NCBI GenBank assembly: GCA_022824585.1
Contig: JAJDZN010000124.1
Span: forward strand, 2,029 to 66,028
Source of the DNA: Bryobacterales bacterium
GTDB lineage: Bacteria; Acidobacteriota; Terriglobia; Bryobacterales; UBA6623
DNA length: 64,000 bases
Reading direction: 5' to 3'
Made by a program: the position numbers and the translations under genes. This document shows positions 22,199-29,877 of the stretch, one piece after another. How positions within the stretch are numbered: position 1 is the stretch's first letter; each line of letters begins with the position of its first letter. The notes below the pieces were generated by a model. The model was not told the origin of the DNA. It saw only the letters and a list, made by a program, of their open reading frames with translations, and did no database searches.

Positions 22199-22222
22199 GG
22201 CCGGTGGGCTAGCCCACCGGCC
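22199..22222. repeat. perfect 24-nt palindrome GGCCGGTGGGCTAGCCCACCGGCC
   Basis: Read directly. The two 12-nt halves are exact reverse complements. Confidence 0.9.
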
Positions 22223-22266
22223 CCCTCCGCCTCCCGCGCCCCTGCCAACCCTGTGCCCCTAGCACG

Positions 22267-22288
22267 GGGGAAGGGGTTCCCCTTCCCC
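22267..22288. repeat. 22-nt palindrome GGGGAAGGGGTTCCCCTTCCCC
   Basis: Read directly. The 10-nt arms are exact reverse complements around a central TT. Confidence 0.9.
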
Positions 22289-22349
22289 TGCGACCCCTTC
22301 CCCCCTGCCGCTATAATCGCCTTCTCCCCAACTCCTCTCCTCCGCCCCT

Positions 22350-22374
22350 CTTCATGCTCATCTGTCGATTGGAA
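22350..22374. repeat. IS terminal repeat R1 (CTTCATGCTCATCTGTCGATTGGAA)
   Basis: Outermost right copy of the motif, continuing into AGGACTC, which mirrors the left GAGTCTC. Confidence 0.7.
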
Positions 22375-22579
22375 AGGACTCCACGCCTGCAAGCCTGGGT
22401 GCATAGCCGGGGCCGCGAGGCCGGGGTCCGTGACGGCTGACGCACAGTCTTGTCTTCCTCACCGGAAGCGAGCGGCCGGGCTCTCGGCCGCCACTTGCCG
22501 GTCGCGTGCCGGACGCACCTCGATGCCGCGCGCGATGCCGTTCTTGCAATCGAAGCGACGACACGTGGGCTCAAGCGAG

Positions 22580-22770
22580 GAAATCAGTGAAATCCCGTAC
22601 TCCGGCTTCTATCCCCGTCTTCACGATCAGAGGCTCGAGCCCTTGGAAGCGCTCGGGAATTACTTCGAGACCCACGTCGAACGTGGCGTTCGCCGGATCG
22701 GAGAAATTCGCGATCTCACTGGATTCCAGCACTTCGTGCGGCCCTGCGCGAGAAGGGCGGGCCAGCTGGA
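22580..22770 (+). pseudogene. fragment of a DUF4143/AAA ATPase (COG1373-like) gene
   Basis: Translation YSGFYPRLHDQRLEPLEALGNYFETHVERGVRRIGEIRDLTGFQHFVRPCARRAGQL matches the conserved GGFP...TYVERDVR...L.TFQ.F..LCA.R.GQ core. The N-terminal P-loop part and the C-terminal half are both absent. Confidence 0.55.
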
Positions 22771-22830
22771 AGATCCTCCGGCACTCCGCCGTACGGCGCG
22801 GTGATAGGATTGCCGGGAGGGTTTCGAGCG

Positions 22831-23718
22831 GTGAAGATCAACGTGCTTGGTGCCGCGGGCGGCCTCGGATCTCGTGTCGTCGATGCTCTGCTCGACCGCG
22901 GCCTTCCCCCTGAGGACTTGATCGCCTGCTCCCGAAGTCCGGACAGGCTCCGACGGTTCAAGGATCTGGGAATCGATATCCGCCGGGCCGACTACGACGC
23001 GCCTGAAACGCTTTTGGGCGCTCTGGAGGGGACCGACGTGCTGATGCTGATCCCGAGCGCCAGCGACGTGGAACCCCGGATCGTCCAGCACTCCAACATC
23101 CTGGACGCGGCCCGCTCTGCGCGCGTGAAGCGGGTGGTGCTGACCAGCTCCAGCGCCGCCCGAACGGACTCGAAGTTCCTGATCGCCCCCTACCTGGTGT
23201 ATGCCGAGTCAAGGCTTCGGACCAGCGGCCTGGGATGGACCATCCTGCGAAACGGCATCTATCTGGACCCTCTCGTCGACTGGGCACCGGCACTTGCCGC
23301 GATGGGTCGCCTCCCGTATCCGGTCAGGCGGGGCCGGGTCGCATATGTGTCGCGAGATGATCTTGCGCGAGCATCCGCGGCAGCTTGCGCGCTTGAGCGG
23401 CATGCCGACCGGGTCTATGAGCTGACTGGCCTGCGCGCCCTGTCCATGCCGGAGCTTGCGTCGGCTCTGACCTACGCGACCGGGCAGACCGTTCGGTTCG
23501 ACGAGGTGACCGAGGAGGAGTTCGCGGAGATCTGCCGTGCGGACAGAATCCCGGAGCCTGACATTGCGATCCTCGCGTCCTTGTACCGGGCCGCAGACAA
23601 CGGAGAGTTCGAACAGGTAAGCGACGACATCCGCCTGCTGACTGGCATCCCGCCCATGGCTGCCGAGGAGTATCTGAGGGAATCGCTCCAAACGTACCGC
23701 GCGGCCGGGCGCAAGTGA
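22831..23718 (+). CDS. NmrA-family NAD(P)-binding protein
   Basis: VKINVLGAAGGLGSRVVDALL Rossmann N-terminus. The GTG at 22831 is preceded by GGGAGG. The track ORF starts at 22801. Confidence 0.8.
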   Translation: MKINVLGAAGGLGSRVVDALLDRGLPPEDLIACSRSPDRLRRFKDLGIDIRRADYDAPETLLGALEGTDVLMLIPSASDVEPRIVQHSNILDAARSARVKRVVLTSSSAARTDSKFLIAPYLVYAESRLRTSGLGWTILRNGIYLDPLVDWAPALAAMGRLPYPVRRGRVAYVSRDDLARASAAACALERHADRVYELTGLRALSMPELASALTYATGQTVRFDEVTEEEFAEICRADRIPEPDIAILASLYRAADNGEFEQVSDDIRLLTGIPPMAAEEYLRESLQTYRAAGRK

Positions 23719-23913
23719 TCGCTGGTCCCCTGCCTGGAACCGAGGCGGAAGTTCGGCGCCAGAGCAAAGCGGCGTCTGTCCAGGCCGGACCGTACGGTGC
23801 ACCCATACCTTGAACAAGTCCCTTCGGTGCGAGAGCGTGGCCGACCTGCCGTCCTGACTGCACAGTCTCGCCGCAATGACCGGAGCCCGGCGTGGCTTCC
23901 CTACAATGGTGCC

Positions 23914-25110
23914 GTGAAGGGATTGCTACTGACCACGCTGCTGGCTCTGTCGGCGACAGGAGGGATCGCGCAAGTGACGGAATTCGCCATCCAAGTAGAG
24001 GATTCCGCCCTCGCTGACCTTAAGGAGCGTCTCGAGCGGACGCGGCTGCCAGACCAAATCCCGGGCTCTGGCTGGGACTATGGCGCGGACCGGGCGTACA
24101 TGGAAGAGTTGCTGGAGTACTGGCGAGCCGCGTACGACTGGCGCAAGCACGAAGCTCAACTGAACGAGTTGCCGCACTTCAAGACGTCCATCGACGGCAT
24201 CGACATGCATTTCGTGCATGTTCGCTCGAAGGAAGACGCGGCGATGCCCTTGGTGATCACGCACGGCTGGCCGGGGTCGGTGTACGAGTTCATGGACGTG
24301 ATCGGTCCGCTGACCGATCCGGTCGGCCACGGGGGCAGCGCCGAAGATGCGTTCCACCTGGTCTTGCCGTCGATGCCAGGGTACGGCTTCTCAGGGCCGG
24401 CCCACCGGCGGGGCATGAGCGTCGACAGCGTGGCGGGCGTGGTTGCCAAGCTCATGGACCGTCTCGGCTACGAGCGTTACGCGGCCCAAGGCGGGGACTG
24501 GGGCTCGGGCGTCTCGTCTTGGCTGGCCCGCGATTATCCCGACCGCTTGATCGGAATCCACCTGAACATGGTCGGCGGCGGTCCGCCCGCGGGCATGCAG
24601 GATCCGGAAAGCGGCATCCCCGAGTGGGAACTGAAGCGCTACCGGGAGCGCGCCGAGTGGTGGCAAGGCGAGAATGCCTACGGGAACATACAGGGCTCCA
24701 AGCCCCTGACGCTGGCGTACGGCCTGAATGACTCCCCGGCTGGCCTGGCGGCGTGGGTGGTGGAGAAATTCCGCGCCTGGAGCGACTGCGGCGGCGATGT
24801 GGAGAGCCGGTTCACCAAGGACCAGCTCTTGACCAACATCATGCTGTACTGGCTGACCGAGAGCATGCCTTCAGCCGTCCGGCTCTACTACGAATCCCGC
24901 CGCAGCGGCCGCCGGCAGCAGCGCAGCGAAGTGCCGACAGCGATCGCGGTCTTTCCGGGCGAGATCTTCTTCTCGCCCCGCAAGTGGGTCGAGGCCCGCT
25001 ACAACGTGGCACAGTGGACCGAGATGCCGCGGGGCGGGCATTTCGCGGCGATGGAGGAGCCGGGACTCTACGTCGAGGACGTGGTCAAGTTCTTTCGCGG
25101 GCTGCGCTAG
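23914..25110 (+). CDS. epoxide hydrolase (N-terminal EH domain + alpha/beta hydrolase)
   Basis: LKERLERTRLPDQ...WDYG, GIDMHFVHVRS and HGWPGSVYEF motifs. The GTG at 23914 gives a signal-like KGLLLTTLLALSATGGIAQ. The track ORF starts at 23797. Confidence 0.8.
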   Translation: MKGLLLTTLLALSATGGIAQVTEFAIQVEDSALADLKERLERTRLPDQIPGSGWDYGADRAYMEELLEYWRAAYDWRKHEAQLNELPHFKTSIDGIDMHFVHVRSKEDAAMPLVITHGWPGSVYEFMDVIGPLTDPVGHGGSAEDAFHLVLPSMPGYGFSGPAHRRGMSVDSVAGVVAKLMDRLGYERYAAQGGDWGSGVSSWLARDYPDRLIGIHLNMVGGGPPAGMQDPESGIPEWELKRYRERAEWWQGENAYGNIQGSKPLTLAYGLNDSPAGLAAWVVEKFRAWSDCGGDVESRFTKDQLLTNIMLYWLTESMPSAVRLYYESRRSGRRQQRSEVPTAIAVFPGEIFFSPRKWVEARYNVAQWTEMPRGGHFAAMEEPGLYVEDVVKFFRGLR

Positions 25111-25132
25111 CGCCGCTTCGCGCGCAGCGGCG

Positions 25133-26491
25133 TCACCGAGCCGCGCTCGCGGCGAGTTCCTCGAGCTTGACCCGGATGTCCGCCTCGGGCAGCCACTGGC
25201 CGCGAACCATCACACCGGCGCGCTTGGCTACGTTGGCTGCGTCATCCAGAGGATTGGCCTCGAGCAGCACCAAGTCGGCGCGGGCGCCGACCGCGACGCG
25301 CCCGAACGCGTCGGACCCGAAATGCTCGGCTGCGTTCTTTGTTGCGGACGCCAGGATTTCATAGGGCGTCAGGCCTGCGGACGCCATGATGCTGATCTCT
25401 CGGTGGATCGAGAAGCCCGGCACGTTGAAGATCTGCGGCGCGTCAGTGCCGAACGCGATCCGCGCTCCCTCGTCCTGCAGGGCCTTGAGGATCTTCTTGC
25501 GAATCTCGATCACGCGCGCGCCGGATTCGGCGTTGAGGCGCTGCTGGCGGCTGTTCTGCGATTCCATCCAGGCATCGACCGTTGCGCGGGGCAAGTACTT
25601 CAGCTCGTCGAAACTGGCATAGTGCTCCGTCGGCACGTCGGCGTTGAATGTCTCCCACAGCGCCATCGTTGGCACCGCCGAAGCGTTGGCGAGCTTGGTC
25701 GCTGCGACCAGTGCCGGGATCTTCGCCTCGTCTGCGTGCAGTCCCATCTCGCGGCTGCGCGTGGCGGCGTCCGCGTTCTTGATCGGCGAATCGTCGGCTT
25801 CCAGCGCTTCCAGGAAGTTGTCCAAATGGTCGATGCTGCCTTGGCCTGCCGCCAGCGCGTGCAGCAGCCCGACCGGATTGGGGACATGCCCGCCGAAGGG
25901 GATTCCCGCCTCAGTTGCCTCGTCGGCGATGGCGTCGTAGACTTCCACGCTGAGCCCCTCGAGAATCTTGAGCGAGTCGAAGCCGGCCCCGTGCTGTTCG
26001 CGGACACGTTGCCGGGCAACTTCCACCGTCAAGCCCTCGGTTGCGCGAAACGCGGGCCCGGCGGCATAGATCGTCGGCCCCAGCCGCGCGCCTTCCGCGA
26101 TCTGCTGGCGAAGCTCTAGGTGCGACGCATTGCCGAGCATGCCGCGAACGGTTGTCACGCCGTTGGAGAGGAACAGGAAGAGGATCCGGTCGACCTCTTC
26201 GGGCGGGGTGTCGGCAGCGGGCAGGTGTGCGTGCATCTCGGTGAGGCCGGGCACGAGGTACTTGCCGCTGCCGTCCACGACCAAGGCCCCCCTTGGGACC
26301 TTGATCTCGGACGCCGGCCCCAGGTCGCTGATCTTGCCCAGCGAGGTGACGACGGTCTGGCCGTGCAGGACGCGCTCGTCGTCCATCGGCACCACGCTGG
26401 CGTTGACGAAGGCTACCGTTCCCTCGGGCGCGCTCTGGCAGCCCAGCCCCAGCAGCAAAGCGGACACAGCCGCAAGATTCCTCCCGCTCAT
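25133..26491 (-). CDS. amidohydrolase family protein (secreted/lipoprotein)
   Basis: Lipobox-like LLGLGC, the metal-binding MHAHL motif, and a C-terminal GADLVLL block. Confidence 0.85.
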   Translation of the reverse strand: MSGRNLAAVSALLLGLGCQSAPEGTVAFVNASVVPMDDERVLHGQTVVTSLGKISDLGPASEIKVPRGALVVDGSGKYLVPGLTEMHAHLPAADTPPEEVDRILFLFLSNGVTTVRGMLGNASHLELRQQIAEGARLGPTIYAAGPAFRATEGLTVEVARQRVREQHGAGFDSLKILEGLSVEVYDAIADEATEAGIPFGGHVPNPVGLLHALAAGQGSIDHLDNFLEALEADDSPIKNADAATRSREMGLHADEAKIPALVAATKLANASAVPTMALWETFNADVPTEHYASFDELKYLPRATVDAWMESQNSRQQRLNAESGARVIEIRKKILKALQDEGARIAFGTDAPQIFNVPGFSIHREISIMASAGLTPYEILASATKNAAEHFGSDAFGRVAVGARADLVLLEANPLDDAANVAKRAGVMVRGQWLPEADIRVKLEELAASAAR

Positions 26492-26557
26492 GACTTCCGC
26501 TCCATCGAATGCACTTGCTGCCGCGCTTGACGGCCCGTTGCAATCTTAACCCCGGAA

Positions 26558-27037
26558 TCAGTCTTGCGGCTCTTGGAAGTTCTCGACTGTGTATTCGTAA
26601 TACGGCCCGCGCAGGAATCCGAGGAAAATCTCGTTGACCAGCTTGAGCGCCTTGCTGACGGCGTAGTCCCAGTCGCCGTCCAGGCTGTGCAGCAACACCG
26701 ACACCGATCCCTTCCGATTCCTGCTCTGCACCTTGGCGCGCTGCGAGTCGATGCGTCTGTGGCTTGGCAGCGTTTCGCCGCTCAGCTCGCGCAGGAAGCT
26801 CCGTAGATCCTTGTAGAGCGGGGCCGTCGGCGCCAGATTGGGCAACAGGTCGCGAAACTCGAGCGTGCCGCGGCGCGGATCGAAGATCAAGCGGATAGGC
26901 TTTTCGCGCAGCCAGACGAAGGAAAACTCCAAGCCGTTCCGCCGCCGGACGGCCGCGAAGGAGCGGAAGACGCCTCGGTCGGCGCGCGAGCGCAGCAGCG
27001 CGTCGACGCTGTCCAGCGGACTCGGCGACGCGGGCAT
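26558..27037 (-). CDS. hypothetical 159-aa protein, translationally coupled to the upstream ThDP enzyme gene
   Basis: Its ATG (27037-27035) shares one base with the TGA (27039-27037) of the upstream gene. Codons are GC3-rich and no signal peptide is present. The remainder of the 385-aa track ORF is an antisense shadow. Confidence 0.6.
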   Translation of the reverse strand: MPASPSPLDSVDALLRSRADRGVFRSFAAVRRRNGLEFSFVWLREKPIRLIFDPRRGTLEFRDLLPNLAPTAPLYKDLRSFLRELSGETLPSHRRIDSQRAKVQSRNRKGSVSVLLHSLDGDWDYAVSKALKLVNEIFLGFLRGPYYEYTVENFQEPQD

Positions 27038-28989
27038 CAGTGGTAGTAGGCCATGCAGCCCGGCTCGACCTTCTGGAGCATGCCCGGCGGATAGTCCCGA
27101 GCGCTCCAGAACTCCTTGATCGCCTGGCAGTTGATGACCGTCGAGAGCCGCTCGTCCGCCGCCGCCTTGTAACTGCGCGCCAACGCCGGACCCAGATCCT
27201 CGGCCTTGGTCACGTATTCCCCACGCGCACCTAAGGCCTCGCCGATCTTCTCGTAGCGCAGGTTCTCCTGGAACAGGTACATGTGCTGGGCGCGGGCCGT
27301 ATCGCTGCGCCCGCCGCTGGCACCGCTGCGCCAGACGCCCCAGGCGTTGTTGTTGTAGACCACCATGATCGTGGGAATCCGGTACTTGCTCAGGGTCTCC
27401 ATCTCCATGCCGGAGTAGGCGAATCCTGCATCGCCCGTCACCGCGAGCACAGGCGCGCCCTTGTAGGGGGCTTGCGGGCCCGTGCCCTGCTGCACCGCTG
27501 CGCCGGCTCCGACCGTGTAGCCGACATCCGGCCCGATCGCACCGTATTGGTAGGCACCGTTGCAAATCTGGCCCGGCCGGAACGCTCTTAGCCGTCGGCG
27601 CGTGTAGCGCCCGATGCCGTAGCCGCCGGACACCACGGTGGTCTGCTCCTTGGGAATATCTCCCTTGTAGAGCAGATTCTCGATCTCCGCGGCTATCACG
27701 GCCGGATGGACGCACCCGGCCTGGGCGCTGTACTTGAGACCGAGCTTGTAGTGCTCGTCGTTCTCGGCTTCGAACGCCGCGCGCGCCGCCGCCAACTCAT
27801 CGCGCCAAGCCGGGCGCTCCTTCTTCGGCAGTGCCTCGGCAAGGGCCTCCAGGGCGGCCTTTTCGCAGCTAACGATGCCGAGGTCGACCGGCAGGTTGCG
27901 CCCGATATCGGCAGCGTCCGGGTCGATGCGGATGTAGGCGACGTCCGGATCGAACGAGTATTCGCCGATGTTGGGCATGCAGTACTGTCCGACCAAGACC
28001 ACGAGGTCGGCGCTCAAGAGGGCATCCGGGGCCGTGTTGGCCGAGAGGGGGTGCTCGTCGCCGAAGTGGCCGCGGCTGGGGCCCGATTCCACGACCGCGA
28101 TGTCGGCCTTCTCGGCAAGGGCCTTGAGCGCGTCCCAAGCCTTGCTGTAGAAGACACCGGCGCTGGCCACGATGATCGGGCGTTCCGCCTTGGCGATCAT
28201 GCTCGCCGCCTTGGCGATCTCCTTGGGCGACGGATGCGGGCGCGATTCGGTGCGGTACTTCGACTTGTCGTAGAAGAAGCGCAGGTCCTCCGCGCTGTCG
28301 AAGCGCTCGCGCGCCACCTCGCCGGGAAAGTCCAGGTGGACCGGTCGCGGAACGCCGGTCTTGAGCTGGCGGAAGGCGTAGCCGGCGTATTCGTGCACGC
28401 GCTCGGGATTGATGAGACGCTTGCCGTACTTCTTCATGCCTTCGGTGGTCGGCTGCTGGTAGACCCGCTGGATGCCGTGCTCGGTGTCCTCGAGTCCCAG
28501 CGTCATGTTGCTCGCCAGCACCAGCAGCGGCGAGCGCGCCGCGTTGGCGGCGGCGATGTTCATGATCATGTTCGTGAAGCCGGGGCCCTCGGTGCCCGAC
28601 GCGGCCACGACCTCGCCGGTCACGCGGGCGAACCCGTCCGCAGCGGCGCACATCATGCCTTCGGTGCGGCCCCCGTAGCTGGGAATGCCCTCCGACGCGA
28701 TGGCGTTGATCACGACGTAGTTGCCCGGAGCGCAGAACAGAGCGGCCAGCCCCTCGGCCTTGCAGGCCTTGGCGAAGATCTGCGCGCCTGTCATCGGGAA
28801 GTCGGGAGGCTTGGAGTCTTCCGCGAGGCTCGCTGGCACCTCGCCCGGGAGCTTGATGTTGCTGTCGTGTCGCTCGGTGGTGGATGCCGCCGCCTCAGCG
28901 CCGGCCGCGACCGCCGCCGCCACCGCCCCCTTGGTCACGAATCCCCGCCTCGATACGGTGCGCTCCGCGTTGCTGCGCTTGCTCGCCAT
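27037..28989 (-). CDS. thiamine diphosphate-dependent enzyme (acetolactate synthase-like fold) with twin-arginine signal
   Basis: [23 protein letters not shown] matches the Tat consensus S-R-R-x-F-[LV]-K. The catalytic Glu context is [17 protein letters not shown]. The ThDP motif is [33 protein letters not shown]. Confidence 0.9.
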   Translation of the reverse strand: MASKRSNAERTVSRRGFVTKGAVAAAVAAGAEAAASTTERHDSNIKLPGEVPASLAEDSKPPDFPMTGAQIFAKACKAEGLAALFCAPGNYVVINAIASEGIPSYGGRTEGMMCAAADGFARVTGEVVAASGTEGPGFTNMIMNIAAANAARSPLLVLASNMTLGLEDTEHGIQRVYQQPTTEGMKKYGKRLINPERVHEYAGYAFRQLKTGVPRPVHLDFPGEVARERFDSAEDLRFFYDKSKYRTESRPHPSPKEIAKAASMIAKAERPIIVASAGVFYSKAWDALKALAEKADIAVVESGPSRGHFGDEHPLSANTAPDALLSADLVVLVGQYCMPNIGEYSFDPDVAYIRIDPDAADIGRNLPVDLGIVSCEKAALEALAEALPKKERPAWRDELAAARAAFEAENDEHYKLGLKYSAQAGCVHPAVIAAEIENLLYKGDIPKEQTTVVSGGYGIGRYTRRRLRAFRPGQICNGAYQYGAIGPDVGYTVGAGAAVQQGTGPQAPYKGAPVLAVTGDAGFAYSGMEMETLSKYRIPTIMVVYNNNAWGVWRSGASGGRSDTARAQHMYLFQENLRYEKIGEALGARGEYVTKAEDLGPALARSYKAAADERLSTVINCQAIKEFWSARDYPPGMLQKVEPGCMAYYH

Positions 28990-29036
28990 GGTTTGTCTCC
29001 TCTAGTCGCCGTGTGCTCGCCGCTGCGCCGCGCTCT

Positions 29037-29471
29037 TCAGGGCGCCTGCGGGCGAAGCTCCTTGGGTCCGATGCTGCGAATGAAGAGCACGATCTGCCAG
29101 ACCTCGTCATCTTGCAGCTGCTTGCCGAAAGGCGGCATCTCGTGGCCGGCACCGTCCCGGATCGACACAAAGATCTCGCCGTCCGTCGCTCCGTAGCGCC
29201 ACTCGTCCGGATCGCGCAGGCTCGGCGCTTCGAAGTCCGGGTTCGCCTGCGCCCTGCCGTCGGCGCCGTGGCAGTACTGACACAGCCGCAGATAGGTGTT
29301 GCGGCCGGCCTTAACAGTCTCGGGCGCGTAAGCGACCGGGTTTTGCAAGGCCTTGGCCTGGTCTGCCGGCATGCGCTCCGCAGCCGCGCAAGGGGCGACT
29401 GCCAGAAGCGCTCCGCAGGCGAGGCCGCACAATACGGCTCGCGCTCCTGTGCGCGTGGGACTAGTCGTCAT
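29037..29471 (-). CDS. class I c-type cytochrome (monoheme, secreted)
   Basis: Signal peptide, CQYCH heme motif, and distal-Met context GHEMPPF. The ATG at 29471 is preceded by GGAG. The track ORF extends to 29609. Confidence 0.8.
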   Translation of the reverse strand: MTTSPTRTGARAVLCGLACGALLAVAPCAAAERMPADQAKALQNPVAYAPETVKAGRNTYLRLCQYCHGADGRAQANPDFEAPSLRDPDEWRYGATDGEIFVSIRDGAGHEMPPFGKQLQDDEVWQIVLFIRSIGPKELRPQAP

Positions 29472-29600
29472 GCGACTCCAGCCCGGCCGACGCCCTTGGC
29501 CGCCGGTCGGGTCGCGCTCCTGTGCCGCTGCCGCGGTTTCGCGCCGCCATTCGCACAGACAGCATAGCCACTCAAGGCGTGCGCTGCCAAGTGCGGGGCG

Positions 29601-29643
29601 AAAAAACAAAAGACGCTTCGAGGCGGCTGCCTCAGAGCGTCTT
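29601..29643 (-). terminator. intrinsic terminator
   Basis: Minus strand reads AAGACGCUcuGAGGCagccGCCUCgaAGCGUCUU followed by UUUGUUUUUU. The 8+5-bp stem was read directly. Confidence 0.65.
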
Positions 29644-29765
29644 AGATAGGGTGCCGGAGGGGTAAGTCAGGGGTCTTTGGTTGAGGATTAGCTTGCGTTG
29701 GTGGGGTTGTCCCCCCCGGCACTCATTACTCTACTGGATTCCATAGGCTGACGCAAGCGGATTTA
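29601..29765 (-). ncRNA. candidate structured leader RNA or sRNA (class unknown) ending in the terminator
   Basis: There are two interleaved helices. GCUUGCGU (29758-29751) pairs with ACGCAAGC (29698-29691). GUGCCGGGGGGG (29722-29711) pairs with CCCCUCCGGCAC (29662-29651), giving 12 bp with one G-U. An AT-rich promoter-like zone lies upstream. No plausible ORF is present. Confidence 0.3.
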
Positions 29766-29877
29766 CGGATTTTTGTAGAATATTTTTCAAGATTGCTCAT
29801 AACATGTTGAAAACAAACATGTTGTGTGCGGTTCGAACGCGCTCCGAAGCCGCCGCCGAGAATCCGCGAATCAGAAT

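Larger units (their letters stand above)
20764..22383 (+). mobile_element. insertion element with rve/DDE transposase and duplicated subterminal repeats
   Basis: Imperfect terminal inverted repeats: left GAGTCTCTTCCAATGAGAGATGCGCATGAAC, and right (reverse complement) GAGTCCTTTCCAATCGACAGATGAGCATGAAG. Each end also has a second internal copy of the 24-25-nt motif. The element contains a single transposase ORF. Confidence 0.7.

Noticed and set aside
20760-22386. 3-bp CAC as a target-site duplication of the insertion element.
   Set aside because: A 3-bp match is expected by chance, and the exact element termini are uncertain without a second copy or an empty site. It is mentioned but not asserted.
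22184-22579. First two thirds of track ORF 22184..22804(+), 206 aa.
   Set aside because: It starts inside the IS right arm and reads through the palindromes as Pro/Ala/Ser-rich low complexity. Only its C-terminal part resembles a protein (the DUF4143 fragment), so it is treated as a pseudogene remnant, not a gene.
25111-25132. Hairpin CGCCGCTtcgcgcgcAGCGGCG, exactly filling the gap between the convergent stops of the epoxide hydrolase and amidohydrolase genes.
   Set aside because: The 7-bp stem has no U-tract on either strand, so it was not called as an intrinsic terminator. It may still act as a bidirectional RNA-stabilising or pause structure.
27038-27715. N-terminal 226 codons of the 385-aa track ORF 26558..27715.
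   Set aside because: This stretch is Arg/Gly/His-rich low-complexity translation lying antisense or out of frame inside the well-supported ThDP enzyme gene. The ORF was trimmed to the internal ATG at 27037, which is coupled to the upstream stop.
29601-29765. Possibility that the leader upstream of the ThDP-enzyme operon is a TPP (THI-box) riboswitch.
   Set aside because: The conserved THI-box features (CUGAGA and ACCUGAUCUGGAUAAUGCCAGCG-like strings) are not present. I also could not match glycine, cobalamin, ykkC, ZTP, fluoride or c-di-GMP consensus strings. It is kept only as an unclassified structured-RNA candidate.
29826-29845. GGTTCGAAC, resembling a tRNA T-loop.
   Set aside because: No flanking T-stem complementarity beyond 3 bp. 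No acceptor, D or anticodon arms can be drawn, and the upstream sequence is an AT-rich promoter-like tract.
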